A stretch of 64,000 bases of DNA from the NCBI GenBank assembly GCA_949358305.1, contig OX442314.1:23684001-23748000 (forward strand). Reading direction: 5' to 3'. The position numbers and the translations under genes are program-made. The notes beneath the pieces are model-generated. The model worked only from the letters and a program-made list of their open reading frames with translations. It ran no database searches and was not told the origin of the DNA. Source of the stretch: Strigamia acuminata (lineage: Eukaryota). Shown piece by piece: positions 51,501-63,500 of this stretch; position 1 is the stretch's first letter, and the number at the start of each line of letters is the position of its first letter.

Positions 51501-54500
51501 TGCATCGCTCGCGGCCCTAGACGGGCCAGAGCGAGAGCGGGTTCCCTTGAATATGCAACCCTTCGAGGATACCGATCCGGAAGCCATAGAAAATCGAGAA
51601 GAAATTCGCGACGTATCGCCAGGACGAGTATCGATATTGATGACCGAGGAGACGAACGAAGCTCCGAAAATAACGGTCACGGTCGGCACGAACCCATCGC
51701 CACCCACGGCTCAGACGTCCGTGGAGCAAACCCCACGAAAAAACGACGGCGGGACCCCGATAACCCCCCGAGTTACGGCGAGTCCTGCGGTTGTTTCCTT
51801 CGAGGTATCTCACCTAATTCGGTTGACACGGCAAGCTGCCCAACTGAAAGCGATGATAGACATTCCAGTAGGAACGTCAGTCTGGGAATCGATTACTCTA
51901 CTCACTGACGCTATCTGCGCGGCACAAGCCCCGACGCCGGTCGCAAGACCAGCAGCGGAGACGCCCATGCCCCAGGTAACGCCCAGTGACACCGGAGGTT
52001 TCGCGCCAGACCCCAACCGAACACTTCACGAATCCAGAGAGAAGGCCCGCGAGGAAGCCAGACAAGAAGCGACTAGTCGCCAACGAAGGCTGAGCGCAGA
52101 GCGGCGAGAACTCTGGAAGGAAGAGGAAGAAAGGGAGCAACGCGAGAGAAGAACCACCGAGAGAACAGAGAAACTGGTCCAAAAAATGAGGGAAGAACGA
52201 GAAGCTAAAATTCGAAAAGAATGGAACGCAACAGTAGAAGGGCGACATCGAGAAGCTCAAGAGTACGAGGACCAATTTCAAGCGCTAATAGCTCAAAGAA
52301 AAACAGAAAAACTACAAATGTTGCGAAAAGAGGCCATTCTACAACATCAGAAATGGGAAGAACAACATCGCGAGAGGTTGAGAGAAGAGGAAGCCAGAAA
52401 AGAAAAAGAACAGTTTCTGAAAGAGAAAGAAGAGTGGGATCGAGTCAGATGGACCGAAGAGTACAAAGCGAAGAAACAAGCTATAATAGATGAGCAAAAA
52501 AGATGGGAAGCCGAAAACTGGGAGAAGGAGACAGAAAAGTTCCAGAAAGAGTACGCACAAGACGTCTCGGACAGGAAGAAAAATGAAGAAAACCTGAAAC
52601 GGAAACCAGAACCCCCCAGCGGCTCTGATACCGACACAGGAGAAGGTGCAACAAAGCCGGCAAAAACGGCGAAAAGGGGGAAATCTCAAAAGAGAGACGA
52701 GTCGGTCCCAAAAACAAAGGACCGTCACCCCTCAAAAAGATCCGAGACGGGAGCAGCCATCGACGCGTTACTCGAAAAGAAAAACGCAAATAAAAATCGG
52801 GAACGCCCCGAAAGCGAGGAAAACAGATGGCATTCTTTTTACGAGAACAACGACGGAGGGGAGCCGCCGCCATCCGGAGGCTCGAAACAGAAGAAGGCTG
52901 GCGGAGAGACCCCACCGAGAGGGCCGAGGTTTCACCCCCAAGGAGATCCCTCCGAGCCCTCCGATTCGTCGGACGACGACCATCCGAGTCGACCGTCTAC
53001 AGGGAGGAGTCAAGAAGACAGCGATGGGCACCGGTCGAACCGGCCGAATGCTTCAGACCGCTCCTCCCGGAGCTCCAACCCTCGTTCGGAGGAAGGGAAC
53101 TTTCAGGACTCATCTGGCCGACATTACACGATGTCTGAGCTAGGCCGAGCCCTGCTGAACTCTTTCAGAAGAGAAGGAATCGATCTAGGCCATCCAGGCG
53201 ACGAACATAATCGCGCTGGAGAGAGGGTTAAGCGTAAATATGGCGTACGAAACGAACCAAGCAGCGAAGCCACGGGTAACATCCGTTGGCAACACTACAT
53301 ACAAACACGATTCGACGGTTCGTGGAAGGCCGGAGACCGCTTCCTAGACGAAGTAATGCGTATCAAGAAAGCGACAAAAGCCACCGTCGCCGACATGCTA
53401 ACCCACGGTCTAGTGGAGCTAACCACGGGGTCAGCTCGAGAATGGTATCAGGGACTGAAAAACCCAACCTGGGACGATTTTCTCGTCCGTTTCGATCTCC
53501 GATACGGCGAGACTCCAGACGAGATCAGTAACAAATTACGTGGTCTACGGCAAGCCCCAGGAGAAACATTAGCCGACTACGACGCCCGAGCGAAACTCCT
53601 GTTTGCAAGAGCGCCGTACGAAATAAACCCCGCTGGTTTTACGATGATCTTTTACGGAGGATTATCGGCCCACTCGCAAAGAATTCTGCTAGACATGCGT
53701 GCACCCCGCACTGGCGATTACCAAGATGTCAGTAACTATCTTCTAACAAACACGTTAGAAATAGAACAGCGGTATTACGCCACTCTGCCCCCGGAAGAAG
53801 CTGACGCGCACGAGAAGCGGTTGCAGACGAGCGCCGAACGCCACAAGACCTCAGAAAAATTAATGAGGCCAAGTGAATATTTGAGCGGCATAATGAGTCT
53901 CACCGAAGCATCCTTCGGACGAATGCTGACGCCTAAAGCAGGCAGTATTCTTCCAGCCAACCCGATAGCTGCCCCAAAGAAAGCACCGGCAGCAACGGCG
54001 ATGCAGGTGACCTCGACGGACTCCACCCAGATGGAGAAAGTCGAAGAGACAACACCTCTCGCCACGGCTAAAGAAGAGGAGCCAGCATCAAGCGACGAGG
54101 AAGCCCTAAATGAGCACCTCGAAAACTTGTCGACGGGATGCGACGATCAAGGTCCCTATTTGCACCATGCACACCGGGCCTTGGCAATCGCACAATTCAG
54201 GGCACACGTGCAGGCAACAAAAGCGAGAGGGGCATTGGGAGGAAAAAGACGATTCCCGACGCCCTTCGTCCCGAAAAAACCGGGATTCACTCCCACAGGG
54301 GATAAAAGTAACATCAAATGTTACAGCTGTGGAGAATACGGCCACTACTCAGATAAATGTGAGAAAACCGTCAAAGAAAAGGACATCATGCAAACCATGA
54401 TGAAAATGATGATGGAGTTAAGAACTGATCTGGCAAAAAACTTCCAAGCGCAGGCGTCGCCGAAATAAATTCAGCTTCGTCTGCGCCAGCCGCGGAAATT

Positions 54501-57500
54501 AAAAAGAAGAAATATCACACTGGACCCGCAGGTCATGCCTTGGCAGAGGCACAGATCAAAGACCGCATACAGATCGTTCCGAAGAAGGAGGAAAAAGTGA
54601 CGTTAACGAGTATGCAAGTGAGAACGAAACCGGAGGTCGACATGGATTGGACGGACCTTCCGTTCAATCTGGAGGTTGAGCCCCAGACATTACGCGTATT
54701 TCACTGCAATGTCACGAAAGCACATTGCGAAACTCTGTGTATGCTGCCAGTGGAGATAGAAAACCAAAAATTGTTCGGTCTACTGGATTCAGGAGCGGAT
54801 CGTTCATTCATATCCGAAGATATAGTAAAAGACTTGGATATTGGAAAGAAGGTGGCACAAGTGAACGCGAACGTAGAATTGCTCACCGCCAACGGCTACG
54901 TCAAGCCGAAGGGCGTAGTTCGCATCATGATCGACTGGACGGGGGGGAACCTGTCCCACCCCTTCATAGTCTTGCCATCCCACGACAAAGTATTCCTCCT
55001 AGGGATGGACATCATGGCGAAACTGAAAATTCAGCCAAACCCGATAACCCGTTCATGGAACTGGATAAGTCCCGAGGGAGAACGGTCAGTCCCCGTAGTT
55101 CCCCAAAAATTACTGGACGAAGCCAAGGACAAAGAGGAATACGGAAGAGGATTGCGAAAATTCGTCCAAGATTACGATTTCGCAGCCTTCACTCTGGAAT
55201 TACAGAGGAGTAACGTCGTGGACACCCTGGTCGAGGAGGCAGCACTGCGTGTTAACGAGGCATCGCTACTAAGGCGAGTGCTTCGAAAGCATGAAAGAAT
55301 TCTGACCAAGACACCTGGTCGAACGACGGAAGCAACACACGAAATAGTCTTAACCACAGACAAGCCGATTCGAGTGCCTTACAAGGGGATGAACCCCCAG
55401 AAAAGAGACATCGTGACGCAAATGTGCCAAGACATGCTCGACAAGGGCATAGTAACGCAAGCCCTGGGCGAATACGCCATGCGGATCGTCCTGGTGATGC
55501 GTCCAGGCTCGGAACCTCGACTATGCATTGATTATCGCCCCCTGAACGCGATAACGGTTATAGACCCGATTCAGATGCCGTCTATAGACTCGATCCTCCG
55601 GGAACTGAGCCCGTTCAAGTGGGTAACCACCATGGACCTGTCAAAGGGGTATTGGCAAGTGGAGCTAAAACCCGAAGACAAACTAAAAACGGCTTTCTAC
55701 TCCCCGATAGGAAGACTAATGTTCAACGTGATGCCGTTCGGGCTTGTAAACGCCCCGAGCACGTTCCAGAAACTGATCGAAAGCGTGTTGGGAGATATGC
55801 TGCACGACTTCGTGTGGGCGTATCTCGACGACATAATAATAACGTCGGACACATTCGAAGAGCATATAGACCACATCGACAGAGTGGTCTCCCGCCTAGC
55901 CAAGGCAGGACTCCACATCCATCCAGGGAAGAGCAAGTTTTGCAGGAAAGAGCTTGCCTTCCTAGGATATCGAATAGGAGTCGAGGGAATCGCGATTGAC
56001 CCCGAAAAAGTCAAAGCAATAAACGGATTCCCCGCCCCCGAAGATATAAAAGGTGTCCAGAGATTCATGGGCATGGTCAATTTCTTCGGCCGACTACTCT
56101 CTGGTCTGGCTGAAGTGGCCGCGCCTATAACGGATCTCTTACGAACGGATAAAGAGTTTGAGTGGACGGTCCAGTGCGAGGCCGCATTTAGCACTATCAA
56201 GCAAATGCTGGCTGACGTCGAAAAGATGCCATTGCCGGACCTAAACCGACCGTTCGTGTTGCACACCGACGCGAGTAAAATCGGACTGGGTGCAGCCCTT
56301 CTGCAGACCCACGTGTACAACGGAATCTCGCAAGAAGTACCCTGTATGTTTATAAGCAGAAAAATACAGGGCGCGGAGAAAAATTATACGGCAACGGAAC
56401 TAGAATGCCTAGCCGTAATTTGGGCAGTTCGAAAATTTCGCGACTATCTGGAGTACACGAACTTCGAGGTTCAGACAGATCACCAGGCACTAAGCTGGTT
56501 GATGAAGCTCAAGGAACCTTCCGGCCGACTCGCAAGATGGCAACTGGAGTTAATGGCGTGCGATATAACAATTACGTACCGCCCCGGGAAGTACAATCAT
56601 GTGGCCGACGCCCTCTCAAGAGCCCCAGCCTCTGACCCCCAGGGACCAGACGACGACGGCGAGGACGACACCCACCTCTTGTACTGCCCAACTCCACGCA
56701 GAATATGGCGCTTACGAAAAGCAAACGAACTGCCGGTGATGGAGCCTGAAGATAGAACGTTTTGCGGTTTTTGGACTCGAACATACCAGCCAGCTGGGAC
56801 AAACAATTCAACATCCGAAATTCAATCTCCGCCCCCCGGAGAAACCCACAAAACACTACTACGCGCCTTCACAGCAAAAATTGAAGAAAAAACGCAATAT
56901 GCTCCACCCACGAGACGTGAGTTCGTCGAACACCAGGCAGCAGACACAAAATGTCAAATTATAACACAATATTTGCTGAACGGCGAATTTCCGGAAGGGA
57001 TGACAAACCCACACCGCCGGAAACAGTTCGTCAAAGAAGCAACAAGCTACCTCATAGATGATGAACTCCTGGTAAAATACCACCCGACATTTCAAGATGA
57101 CCTCAGTGGAGCGGGAAACTCGGTGAAAGTGGTCGTACCGGCATCACTGCACAACCGACTGTTGTGGCTGATGCACGGACACCCGCTCGCCAGCCATTCT
57201 GGCGTGGCGAGGACCCTTTATCGAGTAAAACAACTTTTCTTCTGGCCGGGCGCGCGGCAAAAGATAACGAAATTTATCCGACACTGCCCCCGGTGCCAAG
57301 CATGCAGACCGCGAGATAAAGTAGCCAGAAACGCCATGTCTCTCGGACCCTACGCACCGTTTGACTGCTTAAGCATAGACTTGATGGGCCCCAAGCCCAC
57401 AACGGGAAACAAGAACATGTATATTCTCGTAATTATGGACGTGGCCACCCGATGGCCGGAGCTGTACGCCCTCGCGAAGCCCTCGGCTGAAAACATAGTC

Positions 57501-60500
57501 GAGTGCCTTTACGACGTGGCAATGCGATTTGGGTTTCCCAGAAAACTCATTTCGGATAACGGCCCCCAATTCCGATCGAGAATATATAAGGACTTCTGTA
57601 GAAAATTTAAAATGGATGCATCAAACACCTCCACGTATAATCCTCAGACAAACCCAGTCGAGAGATTAAATAAAGACATAAAATATGCGCTGACAGTATT
57701 CACCGATATTCACAATCGATGGGACGAATACCTGCGAGAAATCGCTTTCAGCATTCGCTCAACCGTGTCAAGAACACGCGAATTCTCACCGGCGTACCTC
57801 AACTTCGCCCGCGAATTAAGGATGCCATGGGACCCACGCGTTGCCGAAGCTGTTAACGTATTAGACCCGTCGAGCCCACATGAGTACGTGTGCCGGTTGG
57901 AACAGACTATATCCGACACGTACCAGCATATGATGGCGCATATTTTCAACATGAGAGAGAGAATCGCAGATAAAGAAGGCGATCTCGCTTTCGCGAACTT
58001 TAAAGTGAATGATCTAGTGTGGAAGGAGGCACACACGTTGTCCAATGCAGCGAGGGGCATCGCCGCCGGTTTAGCCGACAAGAGGGACGGTCCCTACGTA
58101 ATTGTGGCCGAACACGGAGGCAACGCATACCAACTACGCCGCCTAGAGGACAACAAAAATTTTCAGTCGATACATGGCCGAGATCTAAGGCCATATCTGC
58201 CAGAATTTCCACAGGAAATTTGGCTGGAAGGTCAGACACACAGCGGCCAAGGGGGCACCGTGGTCGACACGTTCCAAAAAACAAATGAAGCTGAAAATAT
58301 AGCGGAGAGCGAGGATGAATTCTTCGACGCCGAATCCCCAGCCGACGAGGCTCCAGCTCAGCCGGAGCAAGCAATTTCGGAGAGGGAGGAAGCAGAAGAA
58401 TGTACTTCTGAAATGGAAAATAAAAAAATTAATAATGAGAAAAATGCCAACACATCGGAGATGAACGAGCAAGTAGAGTCACGATCTACGAGCACGTCGA
58501 AAATCAACCTTCGACCACGACGAAGCAATAATCCGTTCATTCGGGACGGCAAAGTCGTGGGGAAGAACTAAAAATAAAAGAAAATGTGATAACATGGAGC
58601 GGAGGCCTTGTAAAATAAAAAGATTTACTTACGAGAGCTGCTGCACATGTTGAGACGCGAAAATTTGGCTAAGTCCAAACTTCGCAACGAATTGTCGCAG
58701 TCACCACTAACAGACGAGAAGTTATGACGTATCGGGCGACCACGTGACAATGAAACCACGCGGTCGACCCCGTAGCGTCATTGCCAGCACGGCGGATCTC
58801 GCAAAATACGAGACGCGTTCGAGACCCACAATTCTCAGCGTCGATGGGCCCAGTTTCCGACTGTTTTTAACACGACGAGACGTGTTTTTTGCTTCTCCCC
58901 AAAGAGAAAACAAAGACCTCTCAAAAAACTTCACTTTCCTAAATTGAAATGGCCGATCGACGCAACCCACGATTAGAGCCGAGCGCATCGTCGAGAGACG
59001 AGAGCGACGGCCTAATCGTAAATGCAGAAGAAGATGAGAATTGGGACGAACAACCGCCGCTGCAGGTAAATTAGTGTGATTTCCCCAGAGAAATCACATA
59101 ATTCTTTGAATCTGTTGCATCCAACCCAGATTGGAGCGTGACTTGTGACTGATATATTTCTTTCTGTTTTATTGTTGATTTAAGGCTGGCTAAAAACCCG
59201 AGAGTGGACCCAGATTCACCTCGGAGTCAAGGCCGCCAAAAAACTAGAACAAAGGAAGTGTTCGCGGAATGGCGTCGTGGCAAACCAAAACCAAAACTAA
59301 AGGTTTTCTTTCTTTTAAATTTAAACATCGTAATAAATTAAAATACGATTAGAGTTAAAATAAAAAAGTTTAACGTAAGAAATTAAAATTTAACGATCGG
59401 TTTTGCCTGCGACCCCTTCCAAAAAAGCGGATCACCTGAGTTCAAAAGTAGTGTTGGATCAGCGCTACGACGGCGGAGATCATCGCAGAACTGCGAAACA
59501 AGAAAATAAGACCGACGGCCGCAACAAAAGAAAGGAGTTGCTGCCACCGTCGATCTTGAGCATATTTCTGATCCCCATCGTTAACTGGGATTTATTATAT
59601 TAATCTTGTGATCTAAAATTATTCAGGTCGACCCGCTAGAATCGTGGGACGCCCTGCCTCCGACGGCGTCAACCGCCAACAACATCTTTCGCGGAGCCCT
59701 GCCGATTTACCTGCGGCAGGCCTATCCTGCAGAGACCAGCGCCTGGAAAATCCGATTGATGTATTCCAGGACCCTCGAGGAAAAATTCGAGCGATCAAAA
59801 ACGCTGGTCGAGTGCATGACGAAGGAGATGAGGGAGCGAGTGGGGCCGCGGATCCCACCCGATGCGGATCCGCCGAGCCCCGTTTACTCCGGGTACCTGG
59901 AAGAGGCTTACCCAGGCACGGTGGCCGAGCTGCACACCTCCCATAGGTGGAGCGAGGCCCCGACCTTGGCAGCCCGCCAGAGAATAGTGGACGACGAGAT
60001 CAAACGCTTAAAGCGCACCGAGACTCACGGAGTAACCCGAGTTCTCGAGAGAAACGGTTTCTCCCCCGAAGAAATCCGTAGATGGCTTCGCGACATCGAA
60101 GAAAATCATCTGACACCCAGATGGATACCGCCGGCGAATTTTACGGCCACGCAGTCTGAGATGTGGCAGTTATACCACGCTGGTATCCTGGGAAGTCGCC
60201 GCCATCACAGAAGATCGAAGCGTCCGGCGGAGTCCGCCCCACGCGGACCCGCACGAAGAAGACAGGCCGTCTCCCCAACAGAGGCCGGCCCGTCAACGAG
60301 TCGCGACTACCGCAGCCGCTCGAGCAGCTCCAGTTCCCGAACTCGAGTTGTCGTGCGCTCGGAGTGTCGCCGAGTAGTAACGCTCGAGCCTGCCTCGCCA
60401 GACGACGCGCGGGCTGAGCGAACAGTCGAATCTTCCGCCCACTGGGCTGCGAGGACCGAGACACACCAAGATCGAGGAAAGAAAAGATCCTCGTTGTTCA

Positions 60501-63500
60501 TGGCGATTACCACACAGTCGTCAGATCAATCCTCGTCGCGACGAACCGTCTCATCACACCAGAGACCGAATTCTCCGACGGACGTCCCCCAGAGGACGGC
60601 CCAACGAAGATCCGTCGCAGCCAGCACCCGGAGGAATCGAAAGCGCAAAGTACGTCAGAAGTTGCGAGCACAATCCCTGATAGCTAAGGGATTAGAGAAG
60701 GAGCGAGAGATGGCCGCCGCGAAACGGTCCGAACCCCAGAGTCTCGGACCCACGGCTGGACCGTCCAGGCGCCAAGCAGAGATTGATTTGGGAGAGTTGA
60801 CGGAAGAGCAAATGTCCCCAGATGAGTCGGACAAAGATGGGCCGGTTACAAAACAGGATCTGGCCGTAGCATTGAAGAACGCCTTCCGAGGATACGCGGC
60901 CAACCGGCCGTCGGGCTCAACACCGGCTGTGCCCACCGCGCTTGTGCCCCCACAAGTGCAATCGCGATGGCCGCCACTCCTCGAGGGTACAAACCCAGCC
61001 GTGACCGCTTGGACCCCTCCCCGGATGATTCCGGTGGGGGATCCAGCTCCGAAGCGGGTCAGATACGATAATCTACCCGGGCTGGGCCGTCCACCGTCAC
61101 CCCCAACGCCACGAGTGTGTCGACCTTATCGCAACGCCGAATGGTACGCCCAGCGAGAGATGGACGCTCGATGCCGGCGTGAAGCGGCCTATCCCCCACT
61201 CAGCGAGTTACAAGAATATCTGGCCGAATACGAGAACCCCGCGATTGCCGAGTTGGCCATACGACAGGCCGACGCCGCCCAAACTCACCACATCAACTGG
61301 GCGATCGAACAGATGCGGACGTTGTCACAGCAATTCAGTGACAATCCGGACCGCGCTCACCCCTGCCATCGGAGCAGTTTGAATTTGGCTGTGACGAACG
61401 TACTGGCCCAGCTGCTATCCCTGGGCGTCTTCTTGGACAGTCGGCAAGCTATGGCGGCCTGGACAATCGTCGACCGTGAGGGAGTTCACCTTCCTCGGGC
61501 GTTGTACCAGGTATGGGCCGGATGGACTCCTGAGCCCGCCTCGCTGCGCTTCGACCTGGCCAGAAATACGGAAAACCCAGGCCTACAGTTTTCAAAGATG
61601 CGTTCGTTGGCATTCCGCTACCGGAACCCCGGAGTCCACCCTTCCTTGTTGCGAACAATTCGGGAGGTTCCGGAGATACCGGGAACGGCGGCGAGCCTTC
61701 CACAGGCCATCGAGACCGCCCCCCCAGAGGCGGCGGTCCAACCATACATACCGACCCCAAAGCCGGTATTCCCGAAGGAGAAGCGACACGCGAATCGACC
61801 CATATTGATTCCGAAGCGTTCCAAGCGAGGACCCCGAACTCCTCCGCTGCCCTCTCCTTCACCACCAGCGGCAGGGCTGGCCGCTCTCTCTGCAGAGCCG
61901 GCTACGCCACCGTTGGAGAGCCCAATGGAGATTCCGCTCCCACCATCGCCTCCGCCGCCCCCAGCAGCGCAGCTTTATTTGAGGCTGGGAGTGGAATACC
62001 CCTTCCTTCAGATGTCGGAGTTCACGCGACAACGCATCATTGACTCCGACGATCACGGCGAATCAATCCTCAAATGGCTAAACAGAGAAGCCCGATCCAC
62101 CATGGACGCCGTCTTCCATCGCCGTATCCTACGGGCCCACAGGAAACCCGGATCGAGCGCCGAGTCGCGAAGGATCCGACTCGTCCCCGATCGATTCCCC
62201 GCGTCTACCCGGATTTGGATCCATGAGCGTACGGGGTTGGTTGGCGAGCCAGCCGGCAGTCACCCGCAGTACTTCATCAACGAGCGACAAAATCCTGCGG
62301 ATCTGACAACCTCTCTGCCCCCGGATTTACCACCGCCGCCACCGGCAGTGCCACCCGTGATCCTCCGCCCATGCAGAGGAGTGCTGCCGGCTCTTCGCAG
62401 AGGAGAGCGATGAGAAAATTGAGATCGCTCCGATCCGAGATCGAAGCTGGAGGAGGGACGTGTGGTGACCCAGTTGGATAAGTGTCCCCCCAGGGCGGAT
62501 ACTTGTCCTATGAGTCACTATGATTAAAGAGTCGTTCCCCCCCGAGTTGGCTCCACCTCCCCATGGCAGGTGTGTGCCCCGAGGGGGAGGAAGCGGCTGG
62601 TGGTCAGCCCCCATTGGTTGATCGCCGGCCCTTCACCCCACTGCATAAAAGGCTGTGTTTCCCGCCTAAAGACAGAACTTACACAAACGACACCAAGAAC
62701 ACAGCAACTACCTCACCGTCAGGCCAACTTCAACTACAAGTTAGGATTGATCGAGGATCGCTGAGTAAAGTGCAAACTGTAACTCTCACGAAGTCACTTG
62801 CGAGCTATTCCTGCGAAAGCACGAGAATAGCCCTTGTGAAATCACCCAGAATAATCGCCCAGACGATTATTCGCCGAAGTAAGTGTCCGAGTGCTTTGTA
62901 GGGAACCCCAAAGTTCCTAGACGAGGCCTCTGCGACGCTAAACAAACCCTAGACAACAGGCACGGATAGAAGACTCGAAAGAGCATTCCACCGCGTCCGT
63001 GAAGACGAATCCGTGACGAATTAACGACAACTCGAGACGCCGCCTTTGTTCCGCCGACCACGCGGAATCGACGACGCCATCTTGAGAAATCCTTTGTTCG
63101 ACGCTGACCACGTCGACTCTAGAATTATTACTGAGTGTATTTTAAAGGCATAAAGCCTGGTGAATAAATTACCTGTTTATTTACATACATTTGGTATTCA
63201 TTTGGGTATTTACATAATTGATCACAGGTAAAGTATTACACGTTAGCGCTATTTAAACCTATACCAAGTAGGACGCGACACGAGAAACTAGGATACCATA
63301 TAAAATCTTATTTGTGTTGTACCAGGCTCCTCGTGGCAAAGTCCCTTCACTCTCCTTTCATGATTTTAATCTCATGGTACGTGCAGGAGATGACAACCAG
63401 TGTTACTGGAGTTCCTTACGCATAAGAAATGGAGATCCATTGAATGATGATCCTGGTGAAATGTATGAATTAATACCGAATTCAATGGATATGAATTTGT

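Larger units (their letters stand above)
50414..63280 (+). mobile_element. Full-length Ty3/gypsy (Metaviridae) LTR retrotransposon with an extra ORF, 12,867 bp
   Basis: Two 820-bp LTRs with TG...CA ends, 4-bp TSD CGAG (50410-50413 and 63281-63284), PBS, PPT, gag, and pol in PR-RT-RH-IN order. Confidence 0.97.

Noticed and set aside
58200..58571. Chromodomain at the integrase C-terminus
   Set aside because: The tail is acidic and low-complexity, ending in INLRPR; no chromodomain aromatic pattern.
59756..62413. ORF3 as a conventional Env
   Set aside because: No signal peptide, no TM helix, few Cys; composition looks like an intracellular, partly disordered protein.
51254..62614. Many antisense and alternate-frame ORFs overlapping gag, pol and ORF3
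   Set aside because: Expected shadows of long coding frames; none shows motifs or independent signals.
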